From positions 16,903 through 80,902 of the forward strand of contig CAXPTH010000007.1 of the NCBI GenBank assembly GCA_964220215.1: DNA of 64,000 bases, in the 5' to 3' direction. The notes beneath the pieces were generated by a model. The model did no database searches. It saw only the letters and a list, made by a program, of their open reading frames with translations, and had not been told where the DNA came from. The DNA comes from Alteromonas sp. (GTDB lineage Bacteria > Margulisbacteria > Marinamargulisbacteria > UBA6595). Of the stretch, positions 11,388 through 21,827 are shown piece by piece; the stretch's first letter is position 1; each line of letters begins with the position of its first letter. Made by a program: the position numbers and the translations under genes.

Positions 11388-11500
11388 AACAAGCCCCTAA
11401 TATAACAATGACAATACAACTATTTTAATTCTCTCAAGTTGAACATAAACTGTCAAGAAGCCGTTTTTTCGTTTGTACCCATACCGCGTACATTCATGGT

Positions 11501-12754
11501 ATGATTAGCCCTAGAATGATTCTGTTTACGCACACGGATTCTGGGGTTGGGGATCGATTTTATCAACGCCGTCGGCAATTGGCTAAAAAAGTCGGGTTAC
11601 CGCTTATCTTAACAGCGGTTCCCACACCCTTGGGCCATCCTATTCCCTGGGTGCATGTCCATACACCCATTCATCAAGACCCCCTATTTTTATATCTTAC
11701 CGGCATTAATCAACCCGGATGCGTGCTGTACTGCGATGCGGACACAGACTATTTGTTTTTACCCAAGCAAGATCCCAAGCATGAATTTTGGGAGGGCCAT
11801 CGGCTCAGCTGCGACAACCCTGACGATGCACGCAATGTGCGCACTTACTCCGGTATTGAGCACATCCGCGATATCGCTGGCTTGTATCCATGGATCCGCG
11901 ATCACGCCAACACGGTTGGCTGCCACTGGCATGCCTCAGACAGCAGCCCCATTCCCGATTACTTATGGGAGTTCAAAACAGCACTGACCGCTCAGCACCC
12001 CGATTGCATGATTACCAACATTCAAGAGGCATTGTGGCCGGAACGCTTTGTGTTGGATTCCATTGACCAAGCGGACTTTGAGCATGCGTATCAAAAAACA
12101 GTTGCTGCCTTTGCCGCCGTGCAATCCAAGTGGTCGACGTTTGCCTCCGAAACGGACTTAGCGGGGGCCTTAATTGGCGAACTGCTCAAAACAACCCCTT
12201 ATGGACTTAGCTTCCCCCCCATTGTGGCCAATGGGGCCAATGCCACAACCTTGCATTACTCAGCCAACCATGCACCTCTGGATCCCAAGGCTCTGGTTTT
12301 GCTGGACTTTGGGTTGCGATGGCGTGGTATGTGCAGCGATGTCAGCCGAACGGTCCCGGTATCCGGCACCTTAAACCCGCTTCAAGCGCGCTTGCATGGC
12401 ATTGTTGAAACGGTCAAAGCCAGCACCACGGCGTTGGCCAAACCGGGCGTCACGATTGATGCCCTCAACACCCATTGTTGGGGGGCTATCCAGCACGCTG
12501 TTCAAACAACCATTGTGGCTCATGGCGGCACCGTGACCCAAGACTATGATCAACGGCCCCATAATGTGGGCCATTTAATTGGCTATACCGTTCATGATGG
12601 GGACCCCGCACGCAGCTACAAAGATAAGCCCTTGTCCGCCGGCATGGCGATCACGATTGAGCCTGGGTTTTATGGCCATGTTCGCATGACCCTGGACGGC
12701 ACCGTGTATGAAGAAACGCTGGGAATTCGGATCGAAGATGCTGTGGTGATTTGA
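11501..12754 (+). CDS. pepP: Xaa-Pro aminopeptidase (M24 family)
   Basis: LHY, LLDFG, SDVSRT, HNVGHLIG, TIEPGFY, GIRIED. Confidence 0.88.
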   Translation: MISPRMILFTHTDSGVGDRFYQRRRQLAKKVGLPLILTAVPTPLGHPIPWVHVHTPIHQDPLFLYLTGINQPGCVLYCDADTDYLFLPKQDPKHEFWEGHRLSCDNPDDARNVRTYSGIEHIRDIAGLYPWIRDHANTVGCHWHASDSSPIPDYLWEFKTALTAQHPDCMITNIQEALWPERFVLDSIDQADFEHAYQKTVAAFAAVQSKWSTFASETDLAGALIGELLKTTPYGLSFPPIVANGANATTLHYSANHAPLDPKALVLLDFGLRWRGMCSDVSRTVPVSGTLNPLQARLHGIVETVKASTTALAKPGVTIDALNTHCWGAIQHAVQTTIVAHGGTVTQDYDQRPHNVGHLIGYTVHDGDPARSYKDKPLSAGMAITIEPGFYGHVRMTLDGTVYEETLGIRIEDAVVI

Positions 12755-12883
12755 CAAATTTATTTTGATCAAATAAAATACACTATATAAAACTAAAAAA
12801 TAAATTTAGTATAATTTTTTATATTTTTAAAAATTATAATTAAGTTTTTTTAGGAAAATTTAAAATTTGATACGGGGAGAATC

Positions 12884-13807
12884 ATGCTTCCATGTCTTGG
12901 AAAAATACTTTTCGGATGCTGTCAGAATCCATCTAGTTATATGGCACCGAGAGAGGAAGTTATGGAATATTCTAAGTCGCGATTAAGTTTTGCTACTTTA
13001 AGTGATGCAGTGACTATGTTTTGCAACTTCAAACCCATGGGGTTCGAGCAGGGTGACTATTTAGAAGTATCAGCTTTTGACAAAGAATTAGAATTACAAC
13101 TAAGAAACCTACAAAAAAATGGGATTTCAAAGAAAACAATTGACTTTGTGAGGGATGCCATAAACAATGCACCTAACGAAATAACTAAAAAAAACATTGT
13201 AGACAACCTACAACGGTATGCCGAAATTTGTGGCTCCCTGCTGAAGGACATCCACACTTTTAAAGTAATTAAAGGTCAGTTTCAAACAAAGTCTAAGTTA
13301 AATGATGATATTTTGGGTTTCATACAAGCACAACTTTCTGCCCCCCCCATTGTGGATAACCGCAAACAAATTCAGAATGCTGCTTATGCTATCTTGGTTC
13401 ATAAACAACTATCCAACGATGGTATAAAGGCCCCACTCAAAGTGATTACCCATATACTCGATTATGTTGAACAACACCAAAATCAGACTGATCATGTTGG
13501 TGTAATTATGGACAATTTAGGCTGGTATGCCTTGGCCTACATATATTGTGAACGCACTGATAAAGATGAACTCTTCGATAAAATGCGCATTACTGTTATC
13601 GTTGGCTTAAATATGAACTTCGAATCAAAGTTTTTGCTTAGCTGTAAAGATTATAAACAATTCGCTTCATTATCATTTTCACAAGTAGTCAATAACACTG
13701 TTAATGGAGGAACCCGATACAAGAATATTATTAACTGGAAGAGTCTTGGCTATGATGCTCCAAGAATCTCCAGCGACGATAGCGCACACTCTTTCTTTAG
13801 CCTTTGA
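12884..13807 (+). CDS. AT-rich orphan protein
   Basis: 307-aa ORF with GGGGAG SD and very AT-rich upstream region; no recognisable motif. Confidence 0.7.
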   Translation: MLPCLGKILFGCCQNPSSYMAPREEVMEYSKSRLSFATLSDAVTMFCNFKPMGFEQGDYLEVSAFDKELELQLRNLQKNGISKKTIDFVRDAINNAPNEITKKNIVDNLQRYAEICGSLLKDIHTFKVIKGQFQTKSKLNDDILGFIQAQLSAPPIVDNRKQIQNAAYAILVHKQLSNDGIKAPLKVITHILDYVEQHQNQTDHVGVIMDNLGWYALAYIYCERTDKDELFDKMRITVIVGLNMNFESKFLLSCKDYKQFASLSFSQVVNNTVNGGTRYKNIINWKSLGYDAPRISSDDSAHSFFSL

Positions 13808-13856
13808 CACACCTATTTTATTGACAGTTTACTGTAAACAATCAAGTTGTTAGGGC

Positions 13857-14042
13857 TAATCCAGCACCATGCTTGGCAACTGATGACGATCGGCTTCTGA
13901 AATCGCAATCTCAGGCTCGGTCATCCGCTGCGCAGCCATCCGATAATACACTTTGGGCGGCGCCCCGAGTTTAGTCAGTTGATTGGATTCCATCAAGGCT
14001 TTCAAATGCCGAAACAACGCTTGCGGCGAAATACCTAGATTC
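13857..14042 (-). pseudogene. Fragment of a winged-HTH protein gene
   Basis: Minus strand reads NLGISPQALFRHLKALMESNQLTKLGAPPKVYYR; no start codon, early stop. Confidence 0.55.
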
Positions 14043-14049
14043 TTTTTTA

Positions 14050-14074
14050 TTTATAGTTTACTGTAAACTATAAA
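14050..14074. promoter_or_regulatory. 25-bp palindrome TTTATAGTTTAC-T-GTAAACTATAAA; core repeated at 13826-13839
   Basis: Read directly; operator-like. Confidence 0.5.
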
Positions 14075-14121
14075 CTATAAACTATAGCAAGTCATCGTCT
14101 AAAAACTGACTTCACCGTCAA

Positions 14122-14700
14122 TCACGACGCAATACGCACCACCCGATCCCCCTGTTGGTGATACCGCTCCTCGCTTTTGGGGCACACAAAATACCCATCC
14201 GCATCAAACACCATGCGAATACCCCCCGCACTCATCCAACCAATACAATGCCCCGGATTGCCCACAATAACCGCATAATCCGGCACATCATCCACCACCA
14301 CAGCACCCGCACCAATGCACGCATACCGCCCAATCGTCACCCCACACACAATCGTAGCATTCGCCCCAATCGACGCCCCCCGCCTCACCACCGTCTTGAT
14401 GTAATACTGCGTGTCCGCCTGCGGAAATTCGCAGCGGGGGTTTTTGATATTGGTAAACACCATCGAGGGCCCACAAAACACATAATCTTCCAAAACAACC
14501 CCCTCATACACCGACACATTGTTCTGAATCTTGCACCCATGACCAATAACCACCCGGCTGCCAATCATCACACTTTGCCCAAATACACACCGATCCCCAA
14601 TCCGAGCCTCCGCATGAATCACACCAAATGGCCCCATACTAAGCCCCGCTCCAATGCTGGCTGAATCTGAACAAATTACCGTTTCATGCATCCCTGTCAT
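14122..14700 (-). CDS. Hexapeptide-repeat sugar N-acetyltransferase (WbpD-like)
   Basis: [35 protein letters not shown]. Confidence 0.88.
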   Translation of the reverse strand: MTGMHETVICSDSASIGAGLSMGPFGVIHAEARIGDRCVFGQSVMIGSRVVIGHGCKIQNNVSVYEGVVLEDYVFCGPSMVFTNIKNPRCEFPQADTQYYIKTVVRRGASIGANATIVCGVTIGRYACIGAGAVVVDDVPDYAVIVGNPGHCIGWMSAGGIRMVFDADGYFVCPKSEERYHQQGDRVVRIAS

Positions 14701-15730
14701 TGTACTTTCCTGGCTGAGAATTATAGCAAACAATGCGCTGGGCAAACAAGCCACTCACCGACCAATCAATCGGGCTCGGCGACTCCCAATGCTGTGCCAC
14801 AGCCGCGCACACCGCCGCTGGATCATCGGCCACACACTGAATCCGTGGCCCAATCAATTGCGCCTGCTCCCGAAACCGTTTGGCTGTCGTTTGCGGACCC
14901 GTTCCCGGAAATACCAGCACCGTCCGCCCATACAACGCCGCCTGCTCATTGGCCGTACCCGCCATCCCAATCACAACGCCACTCTGCTCAATCACCGTGG
15001 CCATGTCCTGGGTCCACACCGCCGACGGGGGGGCAATCGCACGCAATCGACGCGCATCCAATTGCGGCGGGGCCCCAATTAACAGCTGATACTCCCCCAA
15101 ACAATCCGCTAAATGTGCGATTATTTTTTCCAAATTGGCATACGCTTCATCCCGAGAACCCGGCAATATCCCAATGTAGCGCGGACCAACCGGTACCGTG
15201 TCCACCGGCGGAGACACCGTCATCACCGGGCTGCCCACATACGCCGCAGAAACCCCAGCCACACGCAAATCATTGGCCGTTTCCAGGTCTCGGGGAAAGA
15301 CCCGCTCACACCACCGCCGCATGAGCCAACACTCCAACCAACTGTGCCGCATAAACCGATGACTCTTGGCGGTGGGCAAAAACCATACCGATCGACCCAA
15401 GGCCCATCGCGTGACCACCAAGGCCCACACATCCCCCACAACCACCACCTGATCCACACCAGCCAATGCCTGACGAATGGCATCCCGTTGCCGAAACACT
15501 AAGCCAATTAAGCCCGCGCTTACATCCCCCACCAATTGACGCCAAGAGCGCACAAACCCGCCACTGGGGAGCACCGGAAATGTGGCCGCTGGACGCACCC
15601 CCACCCGGGCATAATGCGCCCCATCGCCCACCAAGGCCACCGCAACAACGTCCGCTTGACCCGCCCACGCCTGGGCCATGGCTGCCGCAATGGCATCTTC
15701 ACCATACCCGTTGGACACCAGCCCGATCAT
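14684..15730 (-). CDS. Lipid-A-disaccharide synthase-related protein (TIGR03492-like)
   Basis: [30 protein letters not shown] motifs. Confidence 0.8.
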   Translation of the reverse strand: MIGLVSNGYGEDAIAAAMAQAWAGQADVVAVALVGDGAHYARVGVRPAATFPVLPSGGFVRSWRQLVGDVSAGLIGLVFRQRDAIRQALAGVDQVVVVGDVWALVVTRWALGRSVWFLPTAKSHRFMRHSWLECWLMRRWCERVFPRDLETANDLRVAGVSAAYVGSPVMTVSPPVDTVPVGPRYIGILPGSRDEAYANLEKIIAHLADCLGEYQLLIGAPPQLDARRLRAIAPPSAVWTQDMATVIEQSGVVIGMAGTANEQAALYGRTVLVFPGTGPQTTAKRFREQAQLIGPRIQCVADDPAAVCAAVAQHWESPSPIDWSVSGLFAQRIVCYNSQPGKYNDRDA

Positions 15731-16269
15731 GCGAGAATGGCGTCGACCGCTTGCCCAATATTGGGATAATACGGGGTCCCCGGTGGACACGCCGCATGCG
15801 CCGCCCGATCTTCGATTAAAATACCCGTAACACCCGCCCGTTGACCCGCTTCCACATCGCTGACCTTGTCCCCCACCATGTAACTACTGGCGGGATCAAT
15901 CCCGTGCCGCTCAATGGCGGTTATCAGCATGCCCGGATTGGGCTTTCGGCAGTCACACGCTTGCGAATAGCCCGGCACCACACCCGCTGTGGGGTGATGC
16001 GGGCAGAATAAGGTATCCACAATTTCAATTCCTTGGGCCAATAACATGGCCAAGAGCCGATGCTGCCGAGCCCAAAACCCCGATTCGGTCATCAACCCCC
16101 GGGCAATGCCCGATTGATTGGTGACGATGATGCATAAAAATCCAGAAAAACTCGCTTTTTTGAGCGCTGGAATCGTTGTGGGCAAAAGGGTCATCGCCAT
16201 CGGATCTTCGCTGTATGGCACATCCTCAATCAAGGTGCCATCGCGATCCACAAACAAGGCCTTACGCAA
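15727..16269 (-). CDS. gmhB: D-glycero-D-manno-heptose 1,7-bisphosphate phosphatase (start uncertain)
   Basis: DRDGTL, VTNQSG, CPHHP, CDCRKP; adjacent to gmhA. Confidence 0.9.
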   Translation of the reverse strand: MRKALFVDRDGTLIEDVPYSEDPMAMTLLPTTIPALKKASFSGFLCIIVTNQSGIARGLMTESGFWARQHRLLAMLLAQGIEIVDTLFCPHHPTAGVVPGYSQACDCRKPNPGMLITAIERHGIDPASSYMVGDKVSDVEAGQRAGVTGILIEDRAAHAACPPGTPYYPNIGQAVDAILA

Positions 16270-16840
16270 CGCCAAGTCGGTAATCCACCCACTCACACAT
16301 CATATGCAACGCCATAATATGCGTCTCCTGAATGCGCGGGGTATCGGGATGGGGCACATGAATGCTGTAATCCACCATGGTGCGAATGGCGCCGCCGTCT
16401 TTACCCGTTACCCCCACGGTGCTCACACCGGCTGTTTGGGCGGCTTCAATGGCTGCCAGCAAATTGGGCGAATTGCCACTGGTACTAATCGCAAAAAACA
16501 CATCACCGGGCTGACCCAAGGCCTGAATTTGCCGGGAAAATACCGCTTCAAACCCATAGTCATTGCCAATGGCTGTTATGGCCGAGGTATCCGTCGTTAA
16601 GGCTATGGCCGGCAATGGCTGACGATCTTTTAAAAAGCGACCCGTAAACTCAGCCGCAATATGCTGGGCGTCCGCCGCAGACCCCCCATTGCCGGCCAAG
16701 AGCACTTTATGCCCCGATTTCAAACACTGAAACACCTGCTCAGCGACCTGAGCGAGTGCCTCAAGATCCAAACTTTGCTTGGCCACAATGCTCGCAGCCA
16801 GACTATTCGTAAACAATGTTGTCTGCACAGAATCCGTCAT
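16262..16840 (-). CDS. gmhA: Phosphoheptose isomerase
   Basis: GNGGSAADAQH, ISTSGNS, IQETH. Confidence 0.95.
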   Translation of the reverse strand: MTDSVQTTLFTNSLAASIVAKQSLDLEALAQVAEQVFQCLKSGHKVLLAGNGGSAADAQHIAAEFTGRFLKDRQPLPAIALTTDTSAITAIGNDYGFEAVFSRQIQALGQPGDVFFAISTSGNSPNLLAAIEAAQTAGVSTVGVTGKDGGAIRTMVDYSIHVPHPDTPRIQETHIMALHMMCEWVDYRLGVA

Positions 16841-16884
16841 GTGCTTGTTATTGTACCATTTTTTAAATTACCTTCTGTAACGGC

Positions 16885-17661
16885 TTAGGCCTCCCGACGG
16901 CTACACCCATAAAATACCAACACCCCAATAGCCACACCCACAAGGCTCAGCACGTGCCCCATCGACAACACCCCCCACACAAACCCCAACTGCGGATCCG
17001 GCTGACGAAACCACTCACACACAAACCGAGCCAGGCTATATGCCATTAAATAGATAGCCGCCAATTGACCCGGTTTCAACCGAAAGAATCGGTGCACAGC
17101 CCAAACCAACACACCCACACCAAGGCCCTCTAAACCCGCCTCATACAACTGCGACGGATGCCGCAACTCCGGACCCACGTGCGGAAAAACAAGGCCCCAG
17201 GGCACCGTTGTCACCCGCCCCACCAACTCACCATTAATAAAATTGCCCAATCGCCCAAAAAATACACCAATGGCTCCCCCAAAACTCAACCAATCGACCA
17301 AGTGCAACCACCGCACGCGCTCGCGCTTCGCCACCCACGCCGTGGCCACCAACACCCCCAAAAGCCCGCCATGAAAACTCATACCCCCAGTCCAAACATG
17401 CAAAATCGCCACCGGATGATGCATATAATACGCCCAATCATATAAAACAACGTAGCCCAATCGCCCGCCAAGAACGATGCCAATAATCAGTGCGGTGATC
17501 CACGACAAATACAGATCCAAGTCCCATCGCATTTGCCGAGTCACCGGCCGATACAACACCCAGGCACTCAGCCCAATACCCAACACATACATCACCCCAT
17601 ACCAATAAATAGCCACCGGGCCTAGTTGAATCGCCACGGGATTAATAGCCGGAAATACCAT
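16885..17661 (-). CDS. lgt: Prolipoprotein diacylglyceryl transferase
   Basis: WYG, GGRLGY, GGMSFHGG, GRLGNFINGE, HPSQLYE. Confidence 0.96.
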   Translation of the reverse strand: MVFPAINPVAIQLGPVAIYWYGVMYVLGIGLSAWVLYRPVTRQMRWDLDLYLSWITALIIGIVLGGRLGYVVLYDWAYYMHHPVAILHVWTGGMSFHGGLLGVLVATAWVAKRERVRWLHLVDWLSFGGAIGVFFGRLGNFINGELVGRVTTVPWGLVFPHVGPELRHPSQLYEAGLEGLGVGVLVWAVHRFFRLKPGQLAAIYLMAYSLARFVCEWFRQPDPQLGFVWGVLSMGHVLSLVGVAIGVLVFYGCSRREA

Positions 17662-17711
17662 GCTCCTTATTATACAAATATACAAACTGAAAAACTATTA
17701 GTATACTGATA

Positions 17712-18464
17712 GTGACTATGACAACCAGTTTCATTGTATTAGCAGCCGGAAAAGGCTCCCGCATGAACAGCGATTTGCCCAAAGTCCTGCATCCATTGCA
17801 TGGCAAACCCCTGTTGCATCACATTCTGGACACCCTGCAATCCCTCAACACAGACACTGAGCATCGCTACCACCTCGTCGTGGGCTATCAAGCCAGCGCC
17901 GTTCAACGCGCTACCCAAGACTATTCCATTCAATACAGCACCCAACACGAACAGCTAGGGACCGGCCACGCCGTCCAACAAGCCCTGACCACAACCGTGA
18001 CCCCGGATGAACACACCGTCGTTATTTTACCTGGGGATTGCCCGTTAATTTCATCCCGCACGCTGTTGAACTTACTCAACACCCATCACACAGCATCGGC
18101 CGATGCAACGGTGCTCACCACCCAACTGCCCGACCCCGGGGCCTATGGGCGAATCATTCGCAATGCGTCCGGCGATCTGATTGGCATTCAAGAAGCCAAA
18201 GATTGCAGCCCAGAGCAATTGGCCATCACCGAAATTAATGCGGGGATTTATGTGTTTAATCGTGCCGCATTGGTGGATAGCATTCAAACGCTCACCTGTG
18301 CCAATGCCCAAGGCGAATATTACCTGACGGATGTGATTGGCAATTTGCACACCCATCACAGGACGGTATCCAGCGTGTGTACCGACGACCCCACTGAGGC
18401 TATGGGCGTCAATACCGCTGACGAATTATCTGAATTGGCAGCAAAATACAGCCCCAACCAGTAG
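17712..18464 (+). CDS. GlmU-like UDP-GlcNAc pyrophosphorylase, N-terminal domain only
   Basis: LAAGKGSRM, LGTGHAV, YGRIIR, EINAGIY, NAQGEYYLTD; ends before the acetyltransferase beta-helix. Confidence 0.85.
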   Translation: MTMTTSFIVLAAGKGSRMNSDLPKVLHPLHGKPLLHHILDTLQSLNTDTEHRYHLVVGYQASAVQRATQDYSIQYSTQHEQLGTGHAVQQALTTTVTPDEHTVVILPGDCPLISSRTLLNLLNTHHTASADATVLTTQLPDPGAYGRIIRNASGDLIGIQEAKDCSPEQLAITEINAGIYVFNRAALVDSIQTLTCANAQGEYYLTDVIGNLHTHHRTVSSVCTDDPTEAMGVNTADELSELAAKYSPNQ

Positions 18465-18537
18465 ACGGTTATTTCCAATTAACGGTATAATTGAAGGCTA
18501 AACGTTTGCATTAAATATTGAAGGAGTGTGAAACAAC

Positions 18538-19341
18538 ATGGCAGAGCCACTAATGAAAGGAAAAAAAGGATTAATTTTTGGTGTTGGCAATAAGCATAGT
18601 ATTGCCTATGGCATTGCCAAAGAACTGTACGACCATGGCGCCGAATTGGCTTTCACCTATGCCGGACCCGTGATGGAAAAACGTGTGCGCCCCGTAGCCG
18701 AATCCTTTAATTCTAAATTCTTAATGGAATGCGATGTCACCAGCGATGGGGCCATTGATGCCGTATTTTCAGCGTACGAGTCCCAAATTGGCCAACTCGA
18801 CTTCATTGTTCACTCCGTCGCCTATGCACAAGCCGAAGACTTAGCGAACAATTTTAGCGATACATCCCGCGATGGATGGAAGCTTGCGCTGGACATTAGT
18901 GCCTACTCCCTATTGCCAATGGCCCGTTGGGGGAAAAAACTCATGCCCAACGGCGGATCCATTTTAGCCCTAACATTTATTGGCGGCGAAAAATCCGTTC
19001 CGTATTACAACGTCATGGGTGTGGCCAAAGCGGCTCTTGAATCCAGTGTGCGGTACTTAGCCGCTGAGCTGGGGCCCCAACAAATTCGGGTTAACAGCTT
19101 ATCCGCCGGCCCGATTAAAACATTGGCTGGAAAAGGCATTAAAGGCTTTGACTTATTATTAAAAATCAATGAAATGCGTAGCCCAATGCGTCGGAATATT
19201 ACCCTAGAAGAAGTGGGTAAATCGGGACTGTATTTGCTGTCTGATTTATCCACAGCGGTGAACGGGGAGAACTTGCATGTGGATGGCGGCGTTCACAGTA
19301 TTGCCGCTTGCGAAGCCGATAAAGAACTCGCCAAACTATAG
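18538..19341 (+). CDS. fabI: Enoyl-ACP reductase (NADH)
   Basis: SIAYGIA, YNVMGVAKAALE, AGPIKTLA. Confidence 0.95.
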   Translation: MAEPLMKGKKGLIFGVGNKHSIAYGIAKELYDHGAELAFTYAGPVMEKRVRPVAESFNSKFLMECDVTSDGAIDAVFSAYESQIGQLDFIVHSVAYAQAEDLANNFSDTSRDGWKLALDISAYSLLPMARWGKKLMPNGGSILALTFIGGEKSVPYYNVMGVAKAALESSVRYLAAELGPQQIRVNSLSAGPIKTLAGKGIKGFDLLLKINEMRSPMRRNITLEEVGKSGLYLLSDLSTAVNGENLHVDGGVHSIAACEADKELAKL

Positions 19342-19345
19342 CATA

Positions 19346-19723
19346 ATGATCCGCAGCCTCCGTCATTGGCGTGGCTGGGTTGCTGCGGGCTTAATCCTGG
19401 GTTTAATCAGCGCGACACCCACACTCCCCATTCCGAGTACAGCCAGCGTGGCCAATACAGCGACTGATCTTGTCTGTTCAGGCGCTGGATTTGGCCCCAG
19501 TCACGGCGGGATTTGGCTAGCCAAAAAAACACTTCAAGCCCAAACAGCAACAGATAGCCTAGACGCTCAGACTGTGCGAACCAGCACACATGCCCATGGG
19601 ATGACCCCAACCGATCACCGATTCCATGCGGCAACCCCCAGCTGCCCACGGACAGCCGGGCCCGTATATGGGGGGTATGCGGACCCTGTTCGGATCACCC
19701 ACACCCGAGCCCCGCCCGCTTAA
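19346..19723 (+). CDS. Upstream ORF with N-terminal signal/TM segment and C-terminal RAPP motif (putative arrest peptide)
   Basis: MIRSLRHWRGWVAAGLILGLISA...ITHTRAPPA-stop, 42 nt upstream of the TonB receptor start. Confidence 0.6.
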   Translation: MIRSLRHWRGWVAAGLILGLISATPTLPIPSTASVANTATDLVCSGAGFGPSHGGIWLAKKTLQAQTATDSLDAQTVRTSTHAHGMTPTDHRFHAATPSCPRTAGPVYGGYADPVRITHTRAPPA

Positions 19724-19765
19724 CGACGCTCAATCGTTTTACTGGAATAATTTGGAGGGCGTTGT

Positions 19766-21823
19766 ATGATTCGCACGTATTTAGAAGCACCGTGGGTGCA
19801 TGGTTTAATAATGTTACTGTTAGGATGGAGCCAACTGGCACACGGAACCCTAGACCCCATTGTGGTTACAGGGATCCGAGAGTCGCAAAATCAGCATGCC
19901 GTTGCGGGTGCTATTGGGGTTGCCAATTCAGACGATATTGCACACGTGATGCCCAGTCATCCCGCTGAATTGCTCAATCGGATCCCCGGCGTGCACGTCA
20001 ACAACTTAGGGGGCGAAGGCCATATGACCGCCATTCGGCAACCCATCACAACCCAAGGCGTGTATTTATTTTTGGAAGATGGTATCCCCACACGCCCCCC
20101 CGGCCTGTTCAATCACAATGCCTTGTATGAAGTGAATGGGGCACACGCCCACCGGGTTGAAGTGATTAAGGGCCCTGGATCGGCGTTGTATGGCAGCGAT
20201 TCCATTGGGGGCATTATTAATACCATCACCCAACCAGCCCCGGCTGCTATGGCAGGGTCCCTCAATCCCGAGTGGGGCAGTTATGGCTGGCGCCGGTTCC
20301 TAACTAGTGTGGGCGGGCCCATCACCGATTCTTTGGGCATTCGAGTCAATGCCAATAGCACCCAAAGCACGGGCTTTCGAGACCATGCGGCGTATACCCG
20401 ACACAGTGGCAGCATTCGCTTGGATCACGCCCTTGGCCAAACCACAGATGCCGTCACCCACATTGCCTACACGTCGGTCCAGCAACGGGGCGTATCCGCA
20501 TTGAATGCCGCCGACTATCACCACCGGCCCCATCACAACGATTACCACAACAGCGTGGGCCGACGCGATGTGCAAGCATTGCGCATTTCAACAGCCATTA
20601 CACACACCCCTAGCCCCCACCAGGAATGGTCCATCACGCCCTTTTTTCGCAGCAATCGCATGCAGTTGATGCCCAGCTGGATGCTGGGCTATGACCCCAA
20701 TGATCGGGACTACCGTTTTCAGTCGTATGGCGCACTGCTTAAGCACCGGTACCAAACCGCTGATCACTCCCGCGTTTTGATTACCGGTCTGGACCTGGAC
20801 TATACCCCATCCACATACACCGAATACCGATTAACCAACGAATCGCAGGGCTCTGTGATTGTCAACACAACCCAAACCCCCACCCGAAACTATGACTTTC
20901 GGGCCAATCAGCTCAGCGCATCGCCCTATATCCATACCGAGTGGCAACACCAAAACCTACGCATCATCGGCGGATTGCGTTACGATTATTTTTCCATTGA
21001 CTATACAGATCGACTCACAACCCCGCAAACGGCCATGCATCAGCGCCCACGCTCCCAAGTCCGAACCTACGCCCAAACCAGCCCAAAGTTCGACGTGATC
21101 TACGCCCTATCGCCAAACCACAGCACCTATGCCACTTACCGACAATCGTTTCGAGCCCCCGGCACCGGAGAATTGTTTCGGTCCGGCAAGAGCCTGCAGA
21201 CGGATCAACTCAAGCCAGTTCAAACGACCGCTCTGGAAACCGGTATCCGTGGCCGCTTTACCCCGGCCCTCACCTACAGTGCCGCCGCCTACCACATGGT
21301 GATTAACAATGATATTCTCACCATAACGGATACAAACACACGGCGCACGATTAACGCCGGGACAACCGTACACGATGGGCTCGAACTGGGTCTTAACGCC
21401 CAGCTGAGTGCCCAATGGCGGCTGCACACGGGGGTGGGGCTGAGTCGACACTATTACCGATCATTCGCGGATAAAGACGGTAATTACACCGGCAACACTG
21501 TGGCCAGATCCCCCATCACCACAGGAACCGCTGAGCTGCAGTATCAACCGGTTCATCACGCCAGTATCACCCTGGAAGGCGAGCACGTGGGGGGCTACTA
21601 TGTGGATGAAACCAATACGGACCGCTATCCCGGGCACACCCTTTTGAATCTGCGCGTCCAGTATCATGTGTCCAACACGCACACCCTCTACGGCCGCATG
21701 ATGAACCTAGGCAATGTTCGCTACTCAACCTACACCAGCAAACAGGTTGGCCCCAACCGACCCGTAACCTATCGGCCCGGGCAACCCCGAACCGTTATTA
21801 TTGGCCTAAAATCCAAATTTTAA
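19766..21823 (+). CDS. TonB-dependent receptor
   Basis: Signal peptide, IVVTG TonB-box-like segment, plug motif RVEVIKGPGSALYGSDSIGGIIN, C-terminal Phe. Confidence 0.93.
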   Translation: MIRTYLEAPWVHGLIMLLLGWSQLAHGTLDPIVVTGIRESQNQHAVAGAIGVANSDDIAHVMPSHPAELLNRIPGVHVNNLGGEGHMTAIRQPITTQGVYLFLEDGIPTRPPGLFNHNALYEVNGAHAHRVEVIKGPGSALYGSDSIGGIINTITQPAPAAMAGSLNPEWGSYGWRRFLTSVGGPITDSLGIRVNANSTQSTGFRDHAAYTRHSGSIRLDHALGQTTDAVTHIAYTSVQQRGVSALNAADYHHRPHHNDYHNSVGRRDVQALRISTAITHTPSPHQEWSITPFFRSNRMQLMPSWMLGYDPNDRDYRFQSYGALLKHRYQTADHSRVLITGLDLDYTPSTYTEYRLTNESQGSVIVNTTQTPTRNYDFRANQLSASPYIHTEWQHQNLRIIGGLRYDYFSIDYTDRLTTPQTAMHQRPRSQVRTYAQTSPKFDVIYALSPNHSTYATYRQSFRAPGTGELFRSGKSLQTDQLKPVQTTALETGIRGRFTPALTYSAAAYHMVINNDILTITDTNTRRTINAGTTVHDGLELGLNAQLSAQWRLHTGVGLSRHYYRSFADKDGNYTGNTVARSPITTGTAELQYQPVHHASITLEGEHVGGYYVDETNTDRYPGHTLLNLRVQYHVSNTHTLYGRMMNLGNVRYSTYTSKQVGPNRPVTYRPGQPRTVIIGLKSKF

Positions 21824-21827
21824 TCGC

